64,000 bases of DNA from an uncultured Gemmatimonadales bacterium (GTDB taxonomy: Bacteria > Gemmatimonadota > Gemmatimonadetes > Longimicrobiales > RSA9): NCBI GenBank assembly GCA_963708135.1, contig OY970192.1, forward strand, positions 4,224,001 to 4,288,000, written 5' to 3'. This document shows positions 1 through 8,107 of this stretch, piece after piece. A program made the translations under genes and the position numbers. The notes under the pieces are model-generated. The model ran no database searches. It was not told where the DNA came from and saw only the letters and a program-made list of their open reading frames with translations. Every line of letters begins with the position of its first letter. Positions within the stretch are counted from its first letter, which is position 1.

Positions 1-1480
1 GCCAGCCAACGGGCTTGTGCGTGGCGGTGAAGCTGTACGTCGTGCGGTCCAGGTTCTGGTAGCCGAAGATGTCGTTCTGCTCCACCTCCGGCAGATAGCC
101 GATGTAGCCCCGGAACGCGCCGTCGAGCGCGTTCGGCAGACCGCTCCCCGGCGCGCAGCCCGGCGCGGGACACGCCCAGATGATCGACGTCGTGATCGGC
201 TGCTGCGCGGACGCGGTGCGCAAGGTGCTCCGCACGGCGCCGATCCCGAAGTCGAGCGTCAGCTTGTCCGTGGGCACCCAGTTGAGGGTGCCACGGCCGT
301 TCAGCTGGTTCTTCCAGTTGTACGACACCACCCCTTCGTTCCGGTCCCAGTCGAAGGAGAAGTAGTAGTTCACCTGCTCGCCGCCCCCGGAAAGATTGGC
401 GCCGTAGCCGCGCGGCAGGCCCGTGCTGAACACGGAGCCCTTGCACACGTCCCCCGCCTGGCTGTACGGCGCCGGACAGTAACCGTACTGGGTCACGGGG
501 AAGCCGACCGTGCGGTCGTGCGTCAGCACGTTCACGGCGACGGCCTGGCCGTCGGCGCCCTTGTAGTAGACGGGGCCGAAGAGCTCCTCCGGGTTGGGCA
601 GCCAGTTGGCCCCCTGACGCGCCTGGAAGTGGAAGGTCGGCTTTCCGGCGTGCCCCTTCTTCGTGATGATGTTGATCACCCCGTTCGAGGCTTCGGTGCC
701 GTACAGCGTGGCCGCCGACGGCCCCTTGATGATCTCGATGCTCTGGATGTCCTCCGGGTCGATGTCGTTCAGCCGCGACGGCGGCGTGCGCGCGTCCGTC
801 CCCACGCCCGCCGCGCCGCCGAAGTCCGCGTTGTTGTTGTTCACCCGCACCCCGTCAATGTAGATCAGTGGCTCCGAGCTCAGGCTCATGCTGCTCACGC
901 CGCGAATCCGGATGTTCGAGCCCGCACCGATCTCGCCGCGTGAGCGCGCCACCTGAACCCCCGCCACCTGCCCGCCGAGCAGCGATTCGAGGTTCGGCGG
1001 AGGCGCCTCCGCCACCAGCTGGTCCGCCCGCACCTTGCCCACCGAGTTCCCCAGCGAGCGCACCTGCTGCGCACCCGGCGTCCCCGTCACCACCAGCTCG
1101 TTCAGCGTCAGCGCCGCTTGCGACAGCGCGATCCGGATCGCCAGATCGCCCACGCGTGCATCCTGCTCCGCCGTCCGGTAGCCCAGCATGACCACCTGGA
1201 GCCGCACGTCGTTCCCCGAAACGCCCTCGATCCGGAACCGCCCGTCCGCTGTCGTCAGTGCACCGCTCTGCGTCCCCATCACCACGACCTGGGCCCCCGC
1301 CAGCGGCCGCGCGGACGCCGCGTCCACCACCTGCCCGCCCACCGCCTGCTGAGCCCGCACCGCGGCCGGCGCCCAGAACCCCAGCAGCACCGCCGCCGCG
1401 ACCACCGCCCGGCCCGGCACTCCACCACCGCGCCCGGCACGACAACCCCGGAAGCTTCCCGGAGAGCGTCTGCTTGTCAT
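1..1480 (-). CDS. SusC/RagA-family TonB-linked outer membrane receptor (3' part runs off the window)
   Basis: Not in the ORF track because it is open at the window edge. Manual translation from ATG 1480 (GGAGGA RBS upstream): signal peptide ending AVRAQQ, CarboxypepD_reg-like GQVVDAASARPLAGAQV...GRFRI, ELVVTG TonB-box-like motif, plug motifs IRIRG, PLIYIDGV and DIQSIEIIKGPSAATLYGTEASNGVINIITKKG. Confidence 0.93.
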   Translation of the reverse strand, partial: MTSRRSPGSFRGCRAGRGGGVPGRAVVAAAVLLGFWAPAAVRAQQAVGGQVVDAASARPLAGAQVVVMGTQSGALTTADGRFRIEGVSGNDVRLQVVMLGYRTAEQDARVGDLAIRIALSQAALTLNELVVTGTPGAQQVRSLGNSVGKVRADQLVAEAPPPNLESLLGGQVAGVQVARSRGEIGAGSNIRIRGVSSMSLSSEPLIYIDGVRVNNNNADFGGAAGVGTDARTPPSRLNDIDPEDIQSIEIIKGPSAATLYGTEASNGVINIITKKGHAGKPTFHFQARQGANWLPNPEELFGPVYYKGADGQAVAVNVLTHDRTVGFPVTQYGYCPAPYSQAGDVCKGSVFSTGLPRGYGANLSGGGEQVNYYFSFDWDRNEGVVSYNWKNQLNGRGTLNWVPTDKLTLDFGIGAVRSTLRTASAQQPITTSIIWACPAPGCAPGSGLPNALDGAFRGYIGYLPEVEQNDIFGYQNLDRTTYSFTATHKPVGW

Positions 1481-1696
1481 CGACTCCTCCTGTGTCTCGC
1501 TGGGGGATCAACGCACGCTAAAGGCGGCAGGCCGGCATCGGCTGTCGCTGACGTCCGGGCGCGCCCCTCCCGCGGGAGGAGCGTCCCATCGACTGGGTGG
1601 TTGTCTGGGCAAAAGCGTCAACGGAGGCCGCGGCAACGCGGGACACCCCCGTCCACCGGCAGGCGAGCCCCACAGCGTGCGGGCCGCGGGGGATCC

Positions 1697-1733
1697 TGTA
1701 CACTAGCTTGTACACGGCTGCCCCTGCGGTCAA
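1697..1733 (-). promoter_or_regulatory. Putative sigma70 promoter of the SusC gene overlapped by two TGTACAC operator-like sites
   Basis: Minus strand TTGACC (1733-1728), 17 bp spacer, CAAGCT (1710-1705). TGTACA at 1697-1702 and 1709-1714. Confidence 0.55.
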
Positions 1734-1770
1734 GGGTTTTGGCGGCGGGGGGGGGGTGGGCACGGGGGGC

Positions 1771-1817
1771 TTGCGCGGGGGCCGCGCGGCGGCTTACTGT
1801 GCCCGTGTCTGTATACA
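1771..1817 (+). promoter_or_regulatory. Putative sigma70 promoter of the hydrolase operon with downstream palindrome TGTATACA
   Basis: TTGCGC (1771-1776), 18 bp spacer, TACTGT (1795-1800). Perfect palindrome TGTATACA at 1810-1817. Confidence 0.45.
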
Positions 1818-1955
1818 ATGCCGCTTCCCCATCGAACGATCCACTCCGCTCACGCGCCGCAGCCGAGGCCACGGGGCCGAAGCCGCGGGCGGGGCCGGAC
1901 CGGGCGCCGTCGCGGGAAGCGCACGCTCGCCGCGCGACCACATCGAGGAGGACTC

Positions 1956-3527
1956 GTGCGAACGCTCCGTCAGCCGTGGCTATCCGTCCTGGCGCTCCTG
2001 CTGGCGTGCGCGGCTCCCGCGCTCGGCCAGCAGCAGCGCGCGCCGAAGGGGCTGGATGCCTACATCGAGAGCGCCATGAGAGCCTGGCAGGTGCCGGGGG
2101 TCGCGCTGGCCGTGGTGCGGAACGACTCGGTGGTGTACGCGCGCGGCTATGGTGTGCGGCAGCTGGGGAAGCCTGACCGCGTGGACACGCACACGATCTT
2201 CGCGATCGGCTCGTCGTCGAAGGCGTTCACGGTGGCGGCGATGGGGATGCTGGTGGATGAGGGGAAGGTGAAGTGGGACGACCGGGTGACGGAGGAGCTT
2301 CCGGGGTTCCAGATGTACGACCCGTGGGTGACGCGGGAGATCCGGGTGCGGGACCTCATGTGCCACCGGGCGGATGTCGAGCGGGCGGACGGGGTGTGGT
2401 ACGGCACGCCGTACGGCCGCGAGGACCTGGTGCGGCGGGTGCGGTTCCTGAAGCCGATTGCGAGCTTCCGGAGCGAGTACAGCTACAACAACATGATGTT
2501 TCTGACGGCCGGGCAGATCGTGGCGCGCGAGTTCGGGGCGTCGTGGGACGACGTGGTGCGCACGCGCATCTTCGAGCCGCTGGGGATGACGCGGACGGTG
2601 ACGACGACGAAGGTGCTGCCGTCGATGCAGGACGTTGCCACGCCGCACGAGCGCGTGGACGGGAAGGTGGTCCCGATCCGGTGGCGGAACCTGGACAACG
2701 TCGCGCCGGCGGGGGCGATCAACTCGGACGTGCTGGACATGGCGCAGTGGGTCCGCTTCCAGCTGGGCGATGGCACGTTCGGCGGCAAGCGGCTGCTGGC
2801 CGCGAAGACGCTCTCGGAGATGCACTCGCCGCAGACGATCATCCACCTGAGCCCGTGGCCGGAGAGCGAGCCGGACCCGGTGCGCGCGCTGATGGTGCCG
2901 GGCACGCACTTCATGGCGTACGGGCTCGGCTGGTTCCTGCAGGACTACCACGGCAGCCTGCTGGTGGGGCACGGCGGCGCGATCGACGGCATGCGCGCGC
3001 AGGTGGCCTTCCTCCCGGAGCGGCACCTGGGTCTCGTGATCCTGACCAATCTGGACAACAGCTCGAACAACCTTCCCGAGGCGCTGCTCTTCCGGGTGCT
3101 CGATGCCTACGCGGGCGAGCCGACGCGGGACTACGCGGGCGAGGAGCTGGCGGCGCTGCACGCCAACGATGCGAAGGTGGAGGCGGCGAAGGCGAAGGCG
3201 ATCGCGGAGCGCAACGCCGCGGCGGGGCCGTCGCTTCCGCTGGCCGGCTACGCGGGAGAGTACGCTGACAGCCTGATGGGGAGCGCGCAGGTGGCGGAGG
3301 AAGGCGGAAAGCTGACGCTGCGGCTGCCGGCGTTCTTCGGGGACCTGACGCACTGGCAGTACGACACGTTCCGCTTCACGGAGCGTGATGCGCCGGCGCC
3401 GCTGGACGTGCTGGTCACCTTCCAGATCGACGCCAGCGGCAAGGTAGTGTCGATGCAGGTGCCGGGGCTGACGACGTTCGGCCGGGTGGCGGAGCCGCTC
3501 AAGGCGGCGCCGGGAGGTGGCCGATGA
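1956..3527 (+). CDS. Exported serine hydrolase (beta-lactamase/AmpC-like family) with C-terminal DUF3471-like domain, paralog 1
   Basis: GTG 1956 after GAGGAG RBS, signal peptide, SxxK (GSSSK), YxN (YNN), HGG, C-terminal YAGEY...LTHWQYDTF. Confidence 0.9.
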   Translation: MRTLRQPWLSVLALLLACAAPALGQQQRAPKGLDAYIESAMRAWQVPGVALAVVRNDSVVYARGYGVRQLGKPDRVDTHTIFAIGSSSKAFTVAAMGMLVDEGKVKWDDRVTEELPGFQMYDPWVTREIRVRDLMCHRADVERADGVWYGTPYGREDLVRRVRFLKPIASFRSEYSYNNMMFLTAGQIVAREFGASWDDVVRTRIFEPLGMTRTVTTTKVLPSMQDVATPHERVDGKVVPIRWRNLDNVAPAGAINSDVLDMAQWVRFQLGDGTFGGKRLLAAKTLSEMHSPQTIIHLSPWPESEPDPVRALMVPGTHFMAYGLGWFLQDYHGSLLVGHGGAIDGMRAQVAFLPERHLGLVILTNLDNSSNNLPEALLFRVLDAYAGEPTRDYAGEELAALHANDAKVEAAKAKAIAERNAAAGPSLPLAGYAGEYADSLMGSAQVAEEGGKLTLRLPAFFGDLTHWQYDTFRFTERDAPAPLDVLVTFQIDASGKVVSMQVPGLTTFGRVAEPLKAAPGGGR

Positions 3528-4741
3528 GTGTCGCCGGGATCACGCGCCGGGAGGCGCTCCGGCGGGTGGGGCTCGCGGGCGCCGCCGTCGTCGCCGCGCC
3601 GATGGTGAACCTCGGTCGCTACCGCCTGTTTGCCGGCATTCCCACGGAGTACTCGGCGCGCGCGGTGAAGCTGGTCACGGAGTCGCTGGTGATCGACATG
3701 CTCGGTCCGATGCAGCTCGCGGACTCGATCGAGAGGAAGTGGTTCGGGACGCCGGACGGCTTCACGGCTGCGGACTTCCAGCGCTTCCGCGACTCGCAGA
3801 TCAACGTCTTCCACATCGCGGTGGGGATCGGCGGCCGGCAGGCGTACGAGTCGGTGCTGCTATTCGTGGCCGCGTGGAACTCGTTCATCGCGGCGCACCC
3901 CGAGTGGCTGGTGCGGATCGACCAGGCGGGGGACCTCGACACGGTGCTCGGCTCGGGGCACGTGGGCGTGCTGATCGGGCTGCAGGACTCCGACCACTTC
4001 CGCCGGCCGGAGGACGTGGACCTCTTCCACTCCCTCGGCCAGCGCGTGTCGCAGCTGACCTACAACAGCCGCAACCTCATCGGCAACGGCTCGACCGAGC
4101 GGGTGGACGGTGGCGTGAGCGACTTCGGCGCCGCGATCATCGCGCGCATGAACCAGGTCGGCATGGCCGTGGACGTCTCCCACAGCGGGGACCGCACGAC
4201 GCTGGACGCGTTGGACCTCTCGAAGCGCGCCGTCCTCTTCACGCACTCGAACTGCCGCGCCCTGAACCCGGGACACCCGCGCTGCAAGACGGACGAGGCG
4301 ATCCGCAAGATGGCCGCGCAGGGCGGCGTCATGGGGATCACCGCCGTGCGCATGTTCGTGAAGGCGACGGAGCCCACGACGATCGAGGACCTCCTCGACC
4401 ACTACGACCACGTGCGCGACCTGGTCGGCCCCGAGCACCTCGGCATCGGCACCGACAGCGATCTGGACGGCTACGACAGGATGCCGGCCGACGAGAACAA
4501 GCGGCTGCGCGCCGGCTACAAGGGCAGCTACGGCTTCCGGGACCGGATCGACATCGACGGCATGAACCACCCGAAGAAGGTGTTCGACCTCACGGAGGGG
4601 CTGATTCGCCGGAAGTACTCGGACGCCGACATCCGCGCCATCCTCGGCGGCAACTTCAAGCGCGCGCTGACGGAGATCTGGGCGGGTATGCCCGCGCCGG
4701 AGACGGCGTCGGGCACGGGGTCGGGGCAAGCCGGATCGTAG
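3524..4741 (+). CDS. Membrane/renal dipeptidase family (peptidase M19), Tat-exported
   Basis: TRREALRR twin-arginine signal, QLTYNSRN, MNQVGMAVDVSH, THSN, HPRCKTDE, GIGTD. ATGA overlap with the upstream gene. Confidence 0.88.
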   Translation: MSVAGITRREALRRVGLAGAAVVAAPMVNLGRYRLFAGIPTEYSARAVKLVTESLVIDMLGPMQLADSIERKWFGTPDGFTAADFQRFRDSQINVFHIAVGIGGRQAYESVLLFVAAWNSFIAAHPEWLVRIDQAGDLDTVLGSGHVGVLIGLQDSDHFRRPEDVDLFHSLGQRVSQLTYNSRNLIGNGSTERVDGGVSDFGAAIIARMNQVGMAVDVSHSGDRTTLDALDLSKRAVLFTHSNCRALNPGHPRCKTDEAIRKMAAQGGVMGITAVRMFVKATEPTTIEDLLDHYDHVRDLVGPEHLGIGTDSDLDGYDRMPADENKRLRAGYKGSYGFRDRIDIDGMNHPKKVFDLTEGLIRRKYSDADIRAILGGNFKRALTEIWAGMPAPETASGTGSGQAGS

Positions 4742-4791
4742 GGTCCGGATTTCCGGGCGTGGGCACGGGCCGAAAGCGAAAGCGAAAGAGA

Positions 4792-6366
4792 ATGCGAATG
4801 CGTGACGGGAGCGGGATCCGGAGGGGGGCACGCGCGGGGGTGCTCGCGGTGGCGGTGCTCTGCTCTGCGGCGCTGCCGACGGCGGGGCAGAAGGCGCCGC
4901 TCCAGGGGCTGGACGCCTACATCGGGCGGGCCATGACGGACTGGGGCGTGGCCGGGCTGTCGATCGCGGTCGTGCAGGATGACAGCGTCGTGTTCATCAA
5001 GGGGTACGGCGTGCGTGAGGCGGGCAAGCCGGCCCCGGTGGATGCCAACACGGTGTTCGCCATCGGCTCGAACACGAAGTTCTTCACGGCGGTGGCTGCC
5101 GGCACGCTGGTGGACGAGGGCCGCTTCTCCTTCGATGACCACGCCACGAAGTGGCTGCCGGACTTCCGGCTCTACGATCCGTGGGTCACGCGCGAGATCA
5201 CGATCCGGGACATGCTCTCGCACCGGAGCGGGCTGGGCCGCCGCGGCGACCTCCTCTGGTACGGCTCGCCGTACTCGCGCGCCGAGGTGCTGCGCCGGAT
5301 CCGCTACCTCGAGCCGAACACGAGCTTCCGCTCGCAGTTCGGCTATCAGAACATCATGGTGATGGGGGCGGGCCAGGCGGCCGCCGCCGCGGCGGGGATG
5401 AGCTGGGACGCCCTGGTGAAGGAGCGCATCCTCCAGCCGCTCGGCATGAGCTCCACGACCACCAGCGTGCGCGAGCTGGCGGCCATGTCGGACGTGGCCT
5501 CGCCGCACATCTGGATCGACGGCCACCCGGTGCCGATCGCCTACCGCGACATCGACAACATCGCGCCCGCCGGCTCGATCAACTCGAGCGCGCGCGACAT
5601 GGCGCAATGGCTGCGCCTGATCCTGGGCGACGGCCGCTACGCCGGCCACCAGGTGATCAAGCCCGCCACGCTGCACGACATCGAGTCGCCGCAGACGATC
5701 TCCGGCGCGCCGCACGACACGCTGCGGCCGTCCACCCACTTCGTCATGTACGGCCTCGGCATCGGCATGAGCGACTACAAGGGCGTGAAGGTCCTCCAGC
5801 ACACGGGCGGGATCGACGGCATGCTGTCGCTCGTGGCCATGGTGCCGGAGCGGCACTTCGGGCTCGTCGTGCTCACCAACACGCAGGGCCACAACGATCT
5901 GTTCACCGCGCTCATGTACCGGGTGCTCGACGCCTATCTGGGCGGCCCGACACGCGACTGGAGCGCCATCGGCCTCGCCCAGGCGAAGCGGGACGAGGTG
6001 CGCGCGGTGGAGATGGAGAAGAAGCTCGAGGCGGCGCGGGTCCCGAACACCACGCCGTCGCTGGCGCTCGAGAAGTACGCCGGCACGTACACGAGCGAGC
6101 TGTACGGCGACGCCGTGGTCACCCTCGCGGGCGACACCCTCTCGCTCCGCTTCGGGCCGAGCTTCGCGGGCACGCTCGAGCACTGGAACTACGACACCTT
6201 CCGCGCCCACTGGACGACCGGCGGCCGCGCGGCCGAGACGCTGCTGGGGCGGCCGCTCGTGACCTTCACGCTCGGCGCGGATGGGCGGCCGGCCAGCCTG
6301 GAGATCCAGGGCATCGCCACCTTCGAGCGGGCGAAGGAGAAGGCGGCGGAGCAGGAGAGGGACTAG
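4792..6366 (+). CDS. Exported serine hydrolase with DUF3471-like domain, paralog 2
   Basis: Signal peptide, GSNTK, YQN, HTGG, LEHWNYDTF. Start at 4792 or 4798. Confidence 0.9.
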   Translation: MRMRDGSGIRRGARAGVLAVAVLCSAALPTAGQKAPLQGLDAYIGRAMTDWGVAGLSIAVVQDDSVVFIKGYGVREAGKPAPVDANTVFAIGSNTKFFTAVAAGTLVDEGRFSFDDHATKWLPDFRLYDPWVTREITIRDMLSHRSGLGRRGDLLWYGSPYSRAEVLRRIRYLEPNTSFRSQFGYQNIMVMGAGQAAAAAAGMSWDALVKERILQPLGMSSTTTSVRELAAMSDVASPHIWIDGHPVPIAYRDIDNIAPAGSINSSARDMAQWLRLILGDGRYAGHQVIKPATLHDIESPQTISGAPHDTLRPSTHFVMYGLGIGMSDYKGVKVLQHTGGIDGMLSLVAMVPERHFGLVVLTNTQGHNDLFTALMYRVLDAYLGGPTRDWSAIGLAQAKRDEVRAVEMEKKLEAARVPNTTPSLALEKYAGTYTSELYGDAVVTLAGDTLSLRFGPSFAGTLEHWNYDTFRAHWTTGGRAAETLLGRPLVTFTLGADGRPASLEIQGIATFERAKEKAAEQERD

Positions 6367-6389
6367 GCTCGGGCTTCGCGGTTCGGGGG

Positions 6390-8075
6390 ATGACAGGGAA
6401 CGGACGAAAGCGAATGCGAATGCGAAAGCGTGACAACCGCTGGGCCGCGGCGATGCTCGTGGCCGCCGTGCTGCTGCCTGCAGCGCTGCGGGCGCAGGCG
6501 CCGGAGTACGACATCGTGATCCGGAACGGCCGGGTGCTGGACGGGGCCGGCAACCCGTGGATCCGCGCCGACGTCGCCATCCGGGATGGCCGTTTCGCGA
6601 AGCTCGGCCACGTGACGGGCAGGGGGAAGGTCGAGATCGACGCCGCGGGCAAGTACGTGTCGCCGGGCTGGATCGACATGATGGACCAGTCGGGCGATGC
6701 CCTGCTCCAGAACGGGCTGGCGGAGAACAAGCTCCAGGAGGGCGTGACCACGGCCATCGGCGGCGAGGGCGGCTTCCCGGTGCCGGCGGAATCGATCCCG
6801 GACTACTGGGCCCGGCTACGGAAGCAGGGCATCAGCATCAACTTCGGCAGCTACTTCAACGAGGCGCAGGCGCGCGTCCCGCTGCTCGGCTACTCGGCGC
6901 GGGAGCCCACGCCGGTCGAGCTGGACAGCATGAAGCGGATCATGGCCACGGCCATGAGGAACGGCGCGATGGGGATGAGCACGGCGCTGATCTACCCGCC
7001 GCTGTCGTACGCGAAGACGCCGGAGCTCGTGGCGGTGGCGAAGGTGGCGGGCGAGTACGGCGGCATCTACGCGAGCCACATGCGGGATGAGGGCAAGGGG
7101 ATCCTGGGCGCGGTGCACGAGGCGATCGAGATCGGGGAGGAGGGTCATCTGCCGGTCGAGATCTTCCACCTGAAGGTCGCCTACGCGCCGGGCTGGGGCG
7201 TGCTGATGCCGAAGCTCGCCGCGCTGGTGGACAGCGCGCGCGGGCGCGGCGTGGACATCGCCGCGGACCTGTACGTCTACACGGCCGGCGGCACGGGGCT
7301 CGAGGCCACCATCCCGGCGTGGGCGCACGAGGGCGGGACGGATTCGCTGAAGGCGCGCCTGGCCCGGCCGGAGGTGCGCGCGCGGCTGAAGCGCGAGATC
7401 CGCACCGGCTCGCCCGGCTGGTGGAACATCGTGGAGGCGTCGGGCGGGTGGAAGAACATCATCCTCGTGAACGCGCGCAACGAGGCGAACGCGAAGTACG
7501 AGAACAAGTCGCTCGAGGAGATCGCGAAGGCGATGGGAAAGAGCCCGGCGGACGCGGCCTTTGACCTGGTGTCGGAGGGCCACGGCCGGGTCATGGCGCT
7601 CTACTTCATGATGACGGACAGGGACATCCGGACGGCGCTCCAGCTCCCGTGGACGAGCATCGGCAGCGACGCGGGGGCCTCCGTGACCCGCGGCGGCGTC
7701 GGGCCGACCGGGCTCACCCACCCGCGCGCGTACGGCAACTTCCCGCGCTTCCTCTCGCACTACGTGCGTGACGAGCACCTGATGTCGCTGCCGCAGGCGA
7801 TCCGGAAGATCACCTCGTGGCCGGCCACGCGCATGCGCCTGGACGACCGCGGCGTCATCCGCGAGGGGGCGTGGGCCGACGCCGTCGTCTTCGACTATCA
7901 GAAGCTCACGGACCGGGCCACCTACGAGCACCCGATGGAGTATCCGGAGGGCATCGACTACGTGCTCGTGAACGGCCGGGTCGTGATCGACCACGGCCGG
8001 CACACGGGCGCCCGCCCCGGCATGCCGCTCTATGGACCCGGCTACGACGGCCAGCGGGTGAGCAGCCGAGACTGA
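6390..8075 (+). CDS. N-acyl-D-amino-acid deacylase (D-aminoacylase)-like amidohydrolase, exported
   Basis: YDIVIRNGRVLDGAG, SPGWID, GVTT, YASHMRDE, IFHLK, IGSD, HPRAYGNFPR, GIDYVLVNG. Signal peptide. Start at 6390 or 6414. Confidence 0.88.
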   Translation: MTGNGRKRMRMRKRDNRWAAAMLVAAVLLPAALRAQAPEYDIVIRNGRVLDGAGNPWIRADVAIRDGRFAKLGHVTGRGKVEIDAAGKYVSPGWIDMMDQSGDALLQNGLAENKLQEGVTTAIGGEGGFPVPAESIPDYWARLRKQGISINFGSYFNEAQARVPLLGYSAREPTPVELDSMKRIMATAMRNGAMGMSTALIYPPLSYAKTPELVAVAKVAGEYGGIYASHMRDEGKGILGAVHEAIEIGEEGHLPVEIFHLKVAYAPGWGVLMPKLAALVDSARGRGVDIAADLYVYTAGGTGLEATIPAWAHEGGTDSLKARLARPEVRARLKREIRTGSPGWWNIVEASGGWKNIILVNARNEANAKYENKSLEEIAKAMGKSPADAAFDLVSEGHGRVMALYFMMTDRDIRTALQLPWTSIGSDAGASVTRGGVGPTGLTHPRAYGNFPRFLSHYVRDEHLMSLPQAIRKITSWPATRMRLDDRGVIREGAWADAVVFDYQKLTDRATYEHPMEYPEGIDYVLVNGRVVIDHGRHTGARPGMPLYGPGYDGQRVSSRD

Positions 8076-8107
8076 ACACGGACGCACCCTACAGGAGGAC
8101 GAGAGTC

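Noticed and set aside
1481..1696. Riboswitch (cobalamin/TPP) in the long SusC leader
   Set aside because: No B12-box or TPP CUGAGA core recognisable on the minus strand.
3517..8075. Apparent giant fusions (949-aa and 974-aa ORFs)
   Set aside because: The N-terminal halves are off-frame readings of the upstream genes. Real starts with signal peptides are at about 4792 and 6390.
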